Shown here piece by piece: positions 30,434 through 39,995 of a stretch of DNA of 64,000 nt. Position 1 is the stretch's first letter. Each line of letters opens with the position of its first letter. The DNA comes from an uncultured Acidobacteriota bacterium. GTDB lineage: Bacteria; Acidobacteriota; Vicinamibacteria; Fen-336. Location: positions 156 through 64,155 of the forward strand of contig CAYTWT010000331.1 of assembly GCA_964442185.1 (NCBI GenBank), written 5' to 3'. Position numbers and translations under genes: made by a program. The notes below the pieces were generated by a model. The model had not been told where the DNA came from. It saw only the letters and a list, made by a program, of their open reading frames with translations, and ran no database searches.

Positions 30434-31627
30434 ATGGCCTCCTTCGGCCGCTACGACGTCCTCGAGAAGCTGGGCGAAGGGGCGATGGGCGTCGTCTGGC
30501 GCGCCCGCGACCGGAACCTGAACCGCGTCGTCGCCCTCAAGATGCTCTCGACCGAACTGGGCGACGAGGAAGAGTTGCACCAGCGCTTCCACCGCGAGGC
30601 GGAGGCGATCGGGCGCCTGAGTCATCCGAACATCGTCTCGGTCTACGACCTCGGCGAAGCCGAGGGCCGCGCCTACATGGCGATGGAGCTGCTCGAAGGC
30701 GAGGACCTGCGCTCGCTGATCGAGACCCAGGCGAACATCGCCCTCGCAGAGCGCGTACGGATCCTGCTCGACATCTGCGCCGGGGTCGGCTATGCGCACT
30801 CGCGCGGCGTCACGCATCGCGACATCAAGCCGGCGAACATCATGATCACCACCGACGGACGAGTGAAGCTGCTCGACTTCGGCCTCGCGCGCGTTGCAAC
30901 GCGCGAGACGATCACGCGGCAGGGCGTGATCCTGGGCACGCCCGACTACATGTCGCCCGAGCAAGCGACGGGGAAGCCAGTCGACAACCGCACCGACATC
31001 TTCTCCTCGGGCGCCGTGTTCTACGAGTTCCTGACCCAGCAAAAGCCGTTCAAGGGCAAGACGCTCCACTCGGTGCTGTACCAGATCATCTCGGAAGCGC
31101 CGGATCCGGTGCTGACGCTCAACCCCGAGGTGCCCTCGCGGCTCGCCCTGATCGTGCATCGCATGCTCCAGAAGAACCCCGACACGCGCTATCAGTCGAT
31201 GGACGCCGTGGCTTCCGACCTGCGGGTGCTGCTGCCGGGGCTGCGGCGGCGCGGCGTGACACCGCCCGCAGCGTCGCCGGACGAGGCGCGCGCGCGGGTC
31301 CGGGACGCGCTCAGCCGCGGCCGGGCACATCTCGAGGCCCGCCGCTTCGCGCCGGCACGCGCCGAGATCCGCGAGGTGCTCGTCCTGGAACCCGACAACG
31401 AAGAAGCCGCCGAAATGCTGTGGCGGGCCGAGCGCACGCTTCGACCCAGGGGGGCAGCGCCGCCACGCGACCCCGACAGCGTCGCCCGGGTCGATCTGCT
31501 GCTCGGTCGCCTGGCGCCCGGCAAACCGGAAGACGACGCCCGCCGCGCTGTCGCCGAGCTCGCCCTCATCGCCCCCGACGATCCCCGCCTGGGCGAGCTG
31601 CTTCGGGAGCGAGCGGGGAAGGGCTGA
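30434..31627 (+). CDS. Cytoplasmic Hanks-type Ser/Thr kinase with C-terminal TPR-like region
   Basis: GEGAMG, VALK, HRDIKPAN, DFG, GTPDYMSPE; no TM. Confidence 0.92.
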   Translation: MASFGRYDVLEKLGEGAMGVVWRARDRNLNRVVALKMLSTELGDEEELHQRFHREAEAIGRLSHPNIVSVYDLGEAEGRAYMAMELLEGEDLRSLIETQANIALAERVRILLDICAGVGYAHSRGVTHRDIKPANIMITTDGRVKLLDFGLARVATRETITRQGVILGTPDYMSPEQATGKPVDNRTDIFSSGAVFYEFLTQQKPFKGKTLHSVLYQIISEAPDPVLTLNPEVPSRLALIVHRMLQKNPDTRYQSMDAVASDLRVLLPGLRRRGVTPPAASPDEARARVRDALSRGRAHLEARRFAPARAEIREVLVLEPDNEEAAEMLWRAERTLRPRGAAPPRDPDSVARVDLLLGRLAPGKPEDDARRAVAELALIAPDDPRLGELLRERAGKG

Positions 31628-31648
31628 AGCTGTTATACTCCGCGGGTT

Positions 31649-32395
31649 TTGACGTTGCCAGACCGTCCCATCGACCCGGGGCTCCGCGGCAGGATCGCGG
31701 TGGTCACGGGCGGCGGGCGCGGGCTGGGACGAGCCCTCGTCGAGTCGTTCGCCGCCGCGGGCGCTGACGTCGCCTTCAGCTTTCGAGAGAGTCGCAGCGG
31801 CGCGGAAGACGCCGCCCGTGCCGTCTTGGCCCGGGGCTGTCGAGTCTTCACGCGCCAAGCCGACGCCCGGGTTCCGGGCCAGGTTGCGGCCTTCGTGACG
31901 GCGGCAGGCGAGGCGCTTGGCGGCATCGACGTGCTCGTGAACAATGTCGGGGTGTTCCGGAAGACGTCGCTCGAAGCGCTGACCGAAGACGTCCTCGACG
32001 AGGCGTTCGCGGTCAACGTCAAGGCGGCGGTGCTGGCCTCGCAGGCTGCGGCGCCGTTCCTGAGGCGCCGGGGCGGAGGGGCGATCGTGAACGTGGCGAG
32101 CCTGGGTGGCCGGAGGCCGTGGCGCTCCTATCTCCCGTACTGCGCCACGAAGGCGGGTTTGATCATGGCGACGCAGTGCCTGGCGCTGGCGCTCGGCCCC
32201 GAGATACGGGTCAACGCCGTCGCCCCGGGGATCCTGGATCCTCCGGGAGCCGACGACGCGGTCCGGCAGCGGGTGCCGGCACGGCGTTTCGGCACGCACG
32301 CCGAGGCCGTTGCGGCGGTGCTGTTCCTGGTCACCGGCGCAACCTATACGACGGGCGCCGTCCTCCCCGTGGACGGCGGCCGTGAGTTCGCTTGA
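31649..32395 (+). CDS. Short-chain dehydrogenase/reductase (FabG/pteridine-reductase-like)
   Basis: TGGGRGLG, LVNNVG, YCATK, VNAVAPG, VDGG. Confidence 0.88.
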   Translation: MTLPDRPIDPGLRGRIAVVTGGGRGLGRALVESFAAAGADVAFSFRESRSGAEDAARAVLARGCRVFTRQADARVPGQVAAFVTAAGEALGGIDVLVNNVGVFRKTSLEALTEDVLDEAFAVNVKAAVLASQAAAPFLRRRGGGAIVNVASLGGRRPWRSYLPYCATKAGLIMATQCLALALGPEIRVNAVAPGILDPPGADDAVRQRVPARRFGTHAEAVAAVLFLVTGATYTTGAVLPVDGGREFA

Positions 32396-32432
32396 CTAGT
32401 CGGGAGCCGGAAGGAGCAGAGCCGAGGTGAAC

Positions 32433-32948
32433 ATGGCCGTTGTGCAGGACGAAGACAAGCCCTGGAAGACCGATCTGGCGCGCAAGTCGAAGGAGCGCCG
32501 TGAAAACGTGGTCCAGGAAATCGAAGAGATGATCAAGAAGGCCGCGTCGTTCGAGGAGGCGCTGCGGGTCACGGTCGAGACCCTCAAGAAGAAGTTCTCG
32601 CGCTACTCGTCGGTCACGGCGTACGTGGCCGATGGCGAGGACCTGGCGGTGCACATGGCGCTCGATCGACCGCAGGGCCCCGAGCGCGTGGGTGCGACCG
32701 GTGGAGCTCTGGCCGACGCGGCGCATGCCAGCGCCCCCACGCTCGTGTCGGATCTGGTGGCGAGCCCGGCCTGGAGCGCCGTGGGCCTCACGACGGGCAG
32801 CGCCCTGGTGGCACCGGTTCGCACCGAGGCCGGGCTCTGGGCGATCCTCGAAATCTGGAGCGATTTCCGGGACGCGTTCACGCCGCAGGACGTGAAGCTC
32901 GCGGATCGCCTGAGCGCGGCCCTCGCCAAGAAGACTCCCCAGGCGTAA
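32433..32948 (+). CDS. Stand-alone GAF-domain protein (fRMsr/MsrC-like, Cys-free)
   Basis: S.LVAPV...G.WAILEIWSD...AFTPQD..L pattern of YebR/MsrC-type GAF; ATG 32433 after GAGG. Confidence 0.65.
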   Translation: MAVVQDEDKPWKTDLARKSKERRENVVQEIEEMIKKAASFEEALRVTVETLKKKFSRYSSVTAYVADGEDLAVHMALDRPQGPERVGATGGALADAAHASAPTLVSDLVASPAWSAVGLTTGSALVAPVRTEAGLWAILEIWSDFRDAFTPQDVKLADRLSAALAKKTPQA

Positions 32949-32965
32949 CGGGCAGAGCGGCGCGC

Positions 32966-33850
32966 GTGCAGCTCCGGGGGGTGATCCCGCCGCTCGTCAC
33001 GCCGTTCCACGCGGACGGCGGGCTCGATTTGTCTGCCTTCGAGCGCAACCTCGAGGCCTATGCCGCCGTCGATCTTGGCGGCTATCTCGTGCTCGGTTCG
33101 AACGGCGAGGCCGCGAGTCTCGAGCTCGACGAGAAGACCGCGCTCGTCAAGGCCGCGCGCAAGGGCGCGGGCAGCCGCACGCTGCTCGCGGGCACCGGCC
33201 TCGAATCGACGCGCGCGACCATCGCGCTGACGCGCCGGGCCGCCGATCTGGGCGCGGACGCCGCCCTCGTACTCACGCCGTCCTACTACAAGCCGCAAAT
33301 GACGACCGAGGCCTTGCGGCGCCACTTCGAAGCCGTGGCCGAGGCTTCGCCGATTCCCGTCCTGCTCTACTCGGTGCCGCAGTTCACCGGACTGCCGTTT
33401 CCGCAGGCGCTGGCCGCGTCGATGGCTTCGCACCCCCGTGTCGCCGGCATGAAGGAGTCGAGCGGAGACGTCGGCCTGCTTGGCCGCATTCTGGCCTCGG
33501 TCCCGGCGTCGTTCGCGGTGCTCTGCGGCTCGGCGCCGGTGCTCTACCCGGCGCTCTGCCTCGGCGCCGCCGGCGGGGTCGTCGCCGTCGCCTGTTGCGC
33601 CCCGCGCCCCGCGGCCGCGCTGTTCCGTGCCTTCGAGGCCGGCGACCATGCCCGCGCCCGCCGCATCCAGGAAGCGTTGACCCCGCTCGCCGCGGCGGTG
33701 ACCGCTACCCACGGCGTTGCGGGCCTCAAGGCCGCGATGACCGCGGCAGGGCTCGCTGGCGGCCACGTGCGCTCGCCACTGCTTCCGGCTCCCGCCGAGA
33801 TCGTCATGACGCTCAAGCCGCTGCTAGAAAAAGCCGAGGCCGCCGTCTAG
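32966..33850 (+). CDS. DapA/NanA-family class I aldolase, 4-hydroxy-2-oxoglutarate aldolase-like
   Basis: PPLVTPF, GSNGE (not GTTGE), PSYYK, LYSVP, GMKESS. Confidence 0.8.
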   Translation: MQLRGVIPPLVTPFHADGGLDLSAFERNLEAYAAVDLGGYLVLGSNGEAASLELDEKTALVKAARKGAGSRTLLAGTGLESTRATIALTRRAADLGADAALVLTPSYYKPQMTTEALRRHFEAVAEASPIPVLLYSVPQFTGLPFPQALAASMASHPRVAGMKESSGDVGLLGRILASVPASFAVLCGSAPVLYPALCLGAAGGVVAVACCAPRPAAALFRAFEAGDHARARRIQEALTPLAAAVTATHGVAGLKAAMTAAGLAGGHVRSPLLPAPAEIVMTLKPLLEKAEAAV

Positions 33851-35016
33851 GGTGGCTCGTCGAGGAGCGCCGTGAAGGCCAGGGCGAACAGCCAGAGGTT
33901 GAGGGCAGCCAGGGGAAGGGCGAGGTCGATCCCCAGGACGCGGCTCATGGGCAGGTGCCCGGTCGCCCCGTAGAACACCCACAGGTTCACGTTGAACACC
34001 GAGGCCCAGACGAGGAACGTGCGACCGCCGTCGTCATCGCAGAGAGCGAGAACTGCCCCCAGCATGACGACCACGAACAGGTGGTTCTCGTGCACGCCGG
34101 TGGCGAGCATGAAGTAGCTGAGGAAGCCCACGAGGGCGTGCCGCACGAGGACGGGGAACCGGGGCTGACGCCGCCACAGGGAGACGAGGATGGCGGCGTA
34201 GCCGAGCACGAAGGGCAGCCGGAGGGCGAGCACCTGCAGCCCCAGGGGGCTGTAGATGCGGTGCGCGGTGCCCGCGCGCAGGCCGCCGAAGGCCTCTGGC
34301 CAGGTTGCGCACAGGGCATGGGTCACGAGCCACCACAAGTTCAGCGCGTGTGCGCTCAGCGGCCGGTGGCTGAGCGCGCGGCCGAGGGCACGAAACATCT
34401 CCGGACCGAAGAAGAGGAAGAGGGCGGCTACGGGTATCGCCGCCGCTCCGAGTGCCGTCCACGCGGCTCGCTTCTCGCGCTTCCAGAGGTACACGAGACA
34501 GAAGGGGGCGAGCAACAGCGGCTGCCACTTGACGAGACAGGCCGTGGAGAAGAGGGCCCCGAACCGACCCCACTTGCCCTGCTGGAGGCTACCGAAGGCG
34601 AGCAGGAGCAGCGGCGCGTAGTACACGTCCAGGTAGCCGAGGCCGACCGAGCTCGGGATGAGCACTACCAGAAGCCCAGTGGTCCGAGGCAGGCTTCGCG
34701 AAGCCCGCCCATACACGAACGCGGTGGCGAGGAGGGCTAGCAGCAGCGAAACCTTGAGGCCGAAGACGCCGGCCACCCCGACCGCTTTCGAGACGAGGGC
34801 GACCCCGTAGAGGATGGCGAGGCTGAGCGGCGGATAGTCGATCTTGATGTCGGCGTAGCCGTCCACGAGGCCCAGCCAATGGCAGTGGCGGATCCAGTCC
34901 AGCCAGATGGGGATATCCGGGCTACCTTCCGCCCGCAGGAAGGTGAGCGCGACCAGCATGGCCAGGGCGAGGAGCGACCACTCCTCTACTCGCGGTCGGT
35001 TCACGGGAGGGCGCAT
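33847..35016 (-). CDS. GT-C-fold polytopic membrane glycosyltransferase (DUF2029/GT87-like)
   Basis: DYPPL luminal motif, VKWQP, HENH, about 10 TMs. Confidence 0.6.
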   Translation of the reverse strand: MRPPVNRPRVEEWSLLALAMLVALTFLRAEGSPDIPIWLDWIRHCHWLGLVDGYADIKIDYPPLSLAILYGVALVSKAVGVAGVFGLKVSLLLALLATAFVYGRASRSLPRTTGLLVVLIPSSVGLGYLDVYYAPLLLLAFGSLQQGKWGRFGALFSTACLVKWQPLLLAPFCLVYLWKREKRAAWTALGAAAIPVAALFLFFGPEMFRALGRALSHRPLSAHALNLWWLVTHALCATWPEAFGGLRAGTAHRIYSPLGLQVLALRLPFVLGYAAILVSLWRRQPRFPVLVRHALVGFLSYFMLATGVHENHLFVVVMLGAVLALCDDDGGRTFLVWASVFNVNLWVFYGATGHLPMSRVLGIDLALPLAALNLWLFALAFTALLDEPP

Positions 35017-35019
35017 GGG

Positions 35020-35949
35020 TCAGTGCTCCCCGGAGTCTTCGACGAGTCCGAACGGGCCGGCGGGGTCTTCCGCAGTCTTCTTCGGGACGCGAATGCGGAG
35101 CGCTTTCGGTTCGAGGCGGACGTCCGCAGCTGCGGCAGCCGCGTCGAGCTCGCCGTCGCGATGGCGGAGAAACGCCGGCGGGCCGCTCAGACGCGCTCGC
35201 GCCGCGCGCATGTGGCGATACCGCCGATAGGCGTCGATGCTTCCGAGAAACAGCCGCGGCGCGTTCAGGATCACTTCGGCACGCGGCGCGCCCTCGAACA
35301 CGACCACGTCGAGCAGGCCGTCGTCGAGGCGCGCATGCGGCGCGACGATGGCGCCGCCGCCGTACTGCCGGCCGTTGACGAAGGCCACGATCAGCGCGCG
35401 TCCCTCGAAGCGCTCCGCTCCGGCATCGAGCGTCCAGGCTTCAGCCGGGTAGCAAAGCGCCCGCCTCAGGCTCAGTCGCAGGTAGCTGAAGATGCCGCGC
35501 CGGCCACCGTCTCGGCCGTGCGCGTGGAAGTCGGCGCCCACCAGCGCATCGAGGCCCGCTCCGGCCACGTTCAGGAACGGCCGATCGTCGAGAAAGCCCA
35601 CGTCCATGCGGCGCGTGCGCCCGCTCGCCAGCGCGGCCATCGCAGCGGCCGGACGGAGCGGGATGCGGAGCGTGCGTGCGAGGCCATTCCCCGAGCCCAC
35701 GGGAACGAGTCCAAGCGTTGCCCCCGACCCGAGCAGCCCCCAGGCGACTTCGTTCGCAGTGCCGTCGCCGCCCGCCGCGAGGACCAGCTCGCAACCCGCG
35801 GCCGCGGCTTCCTGGGCCAGCTCGCGTGCATGCCCGGGAGCCCGCGTCTCGATCAGCTCGACCTCGGGCCAGGGGCCATCCAGGATCGCGCGGCGCGCGC
35901 GCTCGGCCGCGACCCCGGCGCGCGGGTTCAGGATGGCGCGCACCTTCAC
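35020..35949 (-). CDS. Diacylglycerol kinase family lipid kinase (YegS/BmrU-like)
   Basis: ILNPRAG, AGGDGTANEV, PVGSGNGLAR, NGRQYGGG, DDGLLDV; GTGA overlap with upstream GT4. Confidence 0.88.
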   Translation of the reverse strand: MKVRAILNPRAGVAAERARRAILDGPWPEVELIETRAPGHARELAQEAAAAGCELVLAAGGDGTANEVAWGLLGSGATLGLVPVGSGNGLARTLRIPLRPAAAMAALASGRTRRMDVGFLDDRPFLNVAGAGLDALVGADFHAHGRDGGRRGIFSYLRLSLRRALCYPAEAWTLDAGAERFEGRALIVAFVNGRQYGGGAIVAPHARLDDGLLDVVVFEGAPRAEVILNAPRLFLGSIDAYRRYRHMRAARARLSGPPAFLRHRDGELDAAAAAADVRLEPKALRIRVPKKTAEDPAGPFGLVEDSGEH

Positions 35950-37001
35950 AGCAGCTCCGCGTAGACGCCCAGCGTCGCGTCGAGCATCCGCTCCACCGAG
36001 AAGCGCTCCAGGAAGCGCTGCCGACCCGAGGCGCCCAGCGTAGCGGCTCGGGTCGAATCGAGCAGGACCTCGCACAGGGCGTTCGCCAAGTGCTCCGGCG
36101 CGCGCGCCGCGACGACTCTACCCGTCACGCCGTCCTCGACGGCTTCGGGGATGCCGCCCGCGTTCGTGACCACGATCGGTCGAGCGAAATTCATGGCGTC
36201 GAGCAGGCTCGTACCAAGCCCTTCATGATGCGAGGTGAGGCAAGAGACGGTGAAGGCGGGAATCAACCGATCGAGATCGGTGCGGAAGCCGCCGAAGACG
36301 ACGCGCCCGGTCAGGCCCAGTTCACGCGCCCGTGTTTCGAGCGACGAGCGCAGCTCGCCTTCGCCGAGGATCAGGAAGCGGGCCTTGGGAACGCGCGCGC
36401 CCACGAGCGCCGCCGCTTCGAGTAACGTCGCGTGGTCCTTGTGATCCGTGAGCGCCGCCACGTTGCCCACGACCGGCGCGTCGGCAGGGATGCCCAGGGC
36501 GGCGAAGACCTCGCGTCCGCCGTCCTGGGCGGGCCGATCCGGAACGCCCTCGTAGACGACGCGCAGGCGTGCCTCAGGCACACCCCCCGCGGCGAGCACC
36601 GCGGCGATCGCGCGGCTGACGGCCACGACTCGTTCGCAACGCCGGTACTTGCCGCTCAGCACCGGAAAGTCCACGCGGCGGGTCGCGATCCGGCGCTGCG
36701 CCGCGCGGCCCGCGAATAGCCCCGCCGCGACAGCGTGTGGATCGTGAAGCTGCACGACGTCGGGTCGAAACTCGCGCACGACGCGGCGCAACGTGAGGAT
36801 CGCAGGCGGCCAGAAATCGCCCCGAAACGGGATCTCGCGGACCGGCAGCCGAGCCTCGTGCAAGCGCGCCGCGAGCCGCCCTCCGCGACGACACGCCACG
36901 AGCACCTCGTGACCGCGGGCGGCCATGCCTTTCGCGGTGAGCCACACCTGGTTCTGGCCCCCGCGCCAGCCCAGGGCGGAATCGACGTGCAGCACCCTCA
37001 T
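35946..37001 (-). CDS. Glycosyltransferase family 4
   Basis: GGQNQV, KDHATLL, EGLGTSLLDAM, GGIPE. Confidence 0.9.
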   Translation of the reverse strand: MRVLHVDSALGWRGGQNQVWLTAKGMAARGHEVLVACRRGGRLAARLHEARLPVREIPFRGDFWPPAILTLRRVVREFRPDVVQLHDPHAVAAGLFAGRAAQRRIATRRVDFPVLSGKYRRCERVVAVSRAIAAVLAAGGVPEARLRVVYEGVPDRPAQDGGREVFAALGIPADAPVVGNVAALTDHKDHATLLEAAALVGARVPKARFLILGEGELRSSLETRARELGLTGRVVFGGFRTDLDRLIPAFTVSCLTSHHEGLGTSLLDAMNFARPIVVTNAGGIPEAVEDGVTGRVVAARAPEHLANALCEVLLDSTRAATLGASGRQRFLERFSVERMLDATLGVYAELL

Positions 37002-37762
37002 CGAGGGAGCTTGGTTTCCCGACGCAGCTCGCCGAGTTTCGCGAGCTTGACGAACGTGTAGTAGGCATTCAGCGTCGAGATCGTGAGGCCCGCGTGGCCG
37101 AGCATGAAGCCGCGCCGTAAGAAGTAGTTCCGCACGAACGTCCAGGCCGGCGCCAGCGTCATGTCGGCAAGCCCGGCGGTGCGTCCCGCCGCATGCGACT
37201 GCCGGGCCCAGAGCGTCGTGTAGCCGTCGATCTTGCGCAGGTGTGCCGAGACATCGTCGTACGGAAAATGGGTCATCGGCGTGCGCAGACGCCCGGACCG
37301 GCCGTCGATGCGTACCGACTCGTGGACGAATGCGCCTTGCCAGCGTCCACGCCGGCGGTCGAAGAGGCGCGTCTGCGGATCGGGGTGCCAGTCGGTGCCA
37401 CGAATCCAGCGTCCCATGTAGAAGGCGACGCGCGGGATCCGGTAGCCGGCCTGCGCGAAGCCGCGCGAACGCAGCGTCTCGATCTCCTCGCGCAGGGCGG
37501 GGGGGATCCGCTCGTCGGCGTCGAGGGCGAGGATCCAGTCGTGGCGTGCCGCGTCCACGGCGAAATTGCGCTGCGTCACGAAGCCCGGCCAGGGCGCGTT
37601 CACGATCACGCGCGCCCCCGCCTGCTCCGCCAGCTCGCGGGTCCGGTCCGTCGAGCCCGAATCCACGACCAGCGTATCGTCGCAGAAGGCGACGCTCTCG
37701 AGGGCGCCAGGCAGCTTTGCCTCTTCGTTCTGCGCGATGATCACGGCGGAGAGCTTGCTCAC
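36998..37762 (-). CDS. Glycosyltransferase family 2 (WaaE/KdtX-like LPS beta-glucosyltransferase)
   Basis: SAVIIAQNEE, VVDSGSTDRT, QRNFA, LDADE, DPQTRLF. Confidence 0.88.
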   Translation of the reverse strand: MSKLSAVIIAQNEEAKLPGALESVAFCDDTLVVDSGSTDRTRELAEQAGARVIVNAPWPGFVTQRNFAVDAARHDWILALDADERIPPALREEIETLRSRGFAQAGYRIPRVAFYMGRWIRGTDWHPDPQTRLFDRRRGRWQGAFVHESVRIDGRSGRLRTPMTHFPYDDVSAHLRKIDGYTTLWARQSHAAGRTAGLADMTLAPAWTFVRNYFLRRGFMLGHAGLTISTLNAYYTFVKLAKLGELRRETKLPR

Positions 37763-37846
37763 CACTCGCAGTATAGCGGCGAGCCCCGACCCGGCCCCAA
37801 GTGCCGGCTTGCCCCGCAAGGCCGCCGGCGCGTAGAGTCAGGCGCC

Positions 37847-38428
37847 ATGAGCGACGCCGTGCTGCAGATCTTCCGCGAGCGGAAGGCCCTTCTCCAGGGA
37901 CACTTTCTGCTTTCCTCGGGACTCCACTCGCCGCGCTATCTGCAGTGCGCCCGCGTGCTGATGGATCCGGCGCTCGCGACCCGGCTATGCGCCGATCTCG
38001 CCGCGGTGCTGCGCCGGGCGCTGCCCGGCCCGCCCGGCGTGGTGGTGGCGCCTGCGCTGGGCGGGATCCTCGTTGCGCACGAGGTGGCCCGGGCCTTTGG
38101 GGTGCGCGGGCTCTTTACCGAGCGCCAGCAAGGTGGCATGACGTTGGGTCGGGGCTTTGCGCTCGAGGCCGAGGAGACCGTGCTCGTGGTCGAGGACGTG
38201 ATCACGACCGGGGGGTCGACGCGCGAGGTGATGGCGGCGGTCGCCGCTGCCGGGGCGAGGGTGGTCGCCGTTGGGAGCCTGGTGGATCGCAGCGGCGGAA
38301 CGGTAGAACTCGGGGTGCCCCGCCGGAGCCTGCTGACCCTCGAGGTCGAGGCGTACGAGGCCGCGGCCTGTCCGCTGTGTGCCGCGGGCAGCCGGCCGGA
38401 GAAGCCGGGCTCGCGCGCCGCGCGCTGA
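37847..38428 (+). CDS. pyrE: Orotate phosphoribosyltransferase
   Basis: GHFLLSSGLHSPRYLQCA, PALGGI, VVEDVITTGGS, VDRS. Confidence 0.93.
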   Translation: MSDAVLQIFRERKALLQGHFLLSSGLHSPRYLQCARVLMDPALATRLCADLAAVLRRALPGPPGVVVAPALGGILVAHEVARAFGVRGLFTERQQGGMTLGRGFALEAEETVLVVEDVITTGGSTREVMAAVAAAGARVVAVGSLVDRSGGTVELGVPRRSLLTLEVEAYEAAACPLCAAGSRPEKPGSRAAR

Positions 38429-38432
38429 AGCG

Positions 38433-39194
38433 TTGCACTACCGCATCACGCTCGCCTACGACGGGACCGACTTCGAGGGCTGGCAGGCCCAGTCGCGGCC
38501 CACAGCGGCGCGGACCGTCCAGGGCGTTGTCGAAGCGGCGCTCGCGCCGCTGGCCGGGGGCGACCGGATCCAGGTTGCTGCCGCGGGTCGCACCGATGCC
38601 GGCGTGCATGCGCTCGGCCAGGTCGGCTGCTTCCGACTGACTCGGGAGCTGGCGCCGGCCGACCTGGCCCGCGCTCTGAACCACAGGCTGCCTGGCGATG
38701 TTCGCGTGCTGGAAGCCTCCGAAGCCTCCGACGACTTCCACGCGCGCAGGAGCGCCGCTTCGAAGCTCTATCGCTACGTCCTCGACACCGAAGCCCTGCA
38801 ACTTCCGACCCGCAGGCGTTATGCCGGCCACACGCCACATCCGCTCGACCACACGGTTGTCGCTGAAGTCGCCGCGCTCTATGCCGGGCGGCACGATTTC
38901 GCCTCACTCCAATCCGCGGGGGGGTCGGTCAAGACCACGCAGCGCACGCTCAGCCGTTCAGACGTCACCTGGGATGGCACGACGCTCGTGTACGAAGTCG
39001 AGGCTGATGGCTTCCTGCGCAAGATGGTCCGGAGCCTCGTGGGCGGTCTGGTGGCCGCCGGCCGCGGTGCAACTACTGTCGAGGGCCTGAGGCGGGCGTT
39101 CGAGGCGCGCGATCGGCGACTTTGGCCCGCGCCGGCCGAGGCGCGCGGCCTCACGCTGGTGCGGGTGGACTACCCGGCCTCAGTGCTAAGATAG
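38433..39194 (+). CDS. truA: tRNA pseudouridine(38-40) synthase
   Basis: AYDGTDFEGWQ, TVQG, GRTDAGVHA, FHAR, FLRKMVR, GLTL; TTG 38433. Confidence 0.93.
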   Translation: MHYRITLAYDGTDFEGWQAQSRPTAARTVQGVVEAALAPLAGGDRIQVAAAGRTDAGVHALGQVGCFRLTRELAPADLARALNHRLPGDVRVLEASEASDDFHARRSAASKLYRYVLDTEALQLPTRRRYAGHTPHPLDHTVVAEVAALYAGRHDFASLQSAGGSVKTTQRTLSRSDVTWDGTTLVYEVEADGFLRKMVRSLVGGLVAAGRGATTVEGLRRAFEARDRRLWPAPAEARGLTLVRVDYPASVLR

Positions 39195-39218
39195 CCGCCT
39201 CGGCCGAAGGCTCTCCCG

Positions 39219-39995
39219 ATGTCCCTTCAGGACCTCCTCGAAGTCGTCCCGTCCGGATCCGACGAGCTGCCGCTCGTGCGCTCGATCGACTTCGAGCGGC
39301 TACCCCGCCACATCGCGATCATCATGGATGGCAACGGGCGCTGGGCGAAGCTGCGCCACAAGCGGCGCGTCGAGGGACACCGCGCGGGTATCGCCTCGGT
39401 TCGCGAAGTGGTCGAGACCTCGGCGCGCCTGGGGCTTCAGGTGCTGACGCTGTACGCCTTCTCATTGGAGAACTGGAAGCGGCCGAAGACAGAAGTCGCT
39501 ACGCTGATGGGCCTGCTCAAGCACTACCTCCGGATGGAGCTCACCACGCTGCTCAGGAACAACATTCGTTTCCAGGTGATCGGCCGCCCGGGCCTGCCTG
39601 GCGACGTTGCGACCGAACTCGACCGCGGCATGCAGCGGACGCGGCACTGCACGGGGCTTCACTTCAACATCGCCCTCAACTACGGCGGGCGCGCCGAGAT
39701 CACCGACGCGGTGCGCCGGCTAGTCGCGGACGCCCTGGCCGGGAAGAACGGCGCTCCGATCGAGGAGGATACGATCAGCGAGTACCTCTACACTGCGGGT
39801 CAGCCCGATCCTGACCTGCTGATCCGTACCAGCGGCGAGATGCGCGTCTCGAACTTTCTGCTGTGGCAGATCGCGTACTCCGAGATCTGGGTGACCGACG
39901 TGCTGTGGCCCGATTTCCGCCGCCGGCATCTGCTCCAGGCGATCGCGGACTACCAGAAGCGCGAAAGGCGCTACGGCGGGATCGCGCCGGCTTGA
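39219..39995 (+). CDS. uppS: Undecaprenyl diphosphate synthase
   Basis: HIAIIMDGNGRWA, YAFSLENWKRP, NYGGR, DLLIRTSGEMRVSNFLLWQ, RRYGG. Confidence 0.96.
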   Translation: MSLQDLLEVVPSGSDELPLVRSIDFERLPRHIAIIMDGNGRWAKLRHKRRVEGHRAGIASVREVVETSARLGLQVLTLYAFSLENWKRPKTEVATLMGLLKHYLRMELTTLLRNNIRFQVIGRPGLPGDVATELDRGMQRTRHCTGLHFNIALNYGGRAEITDAVRRLVADALAGKNGAPIEEDTISEYLYTAGQPDPDLLIRTSGEMRVSNFLLWQIAYSEIWVTDVLWPDFRRRHLLQAIADYQKRERRYGGIAPA

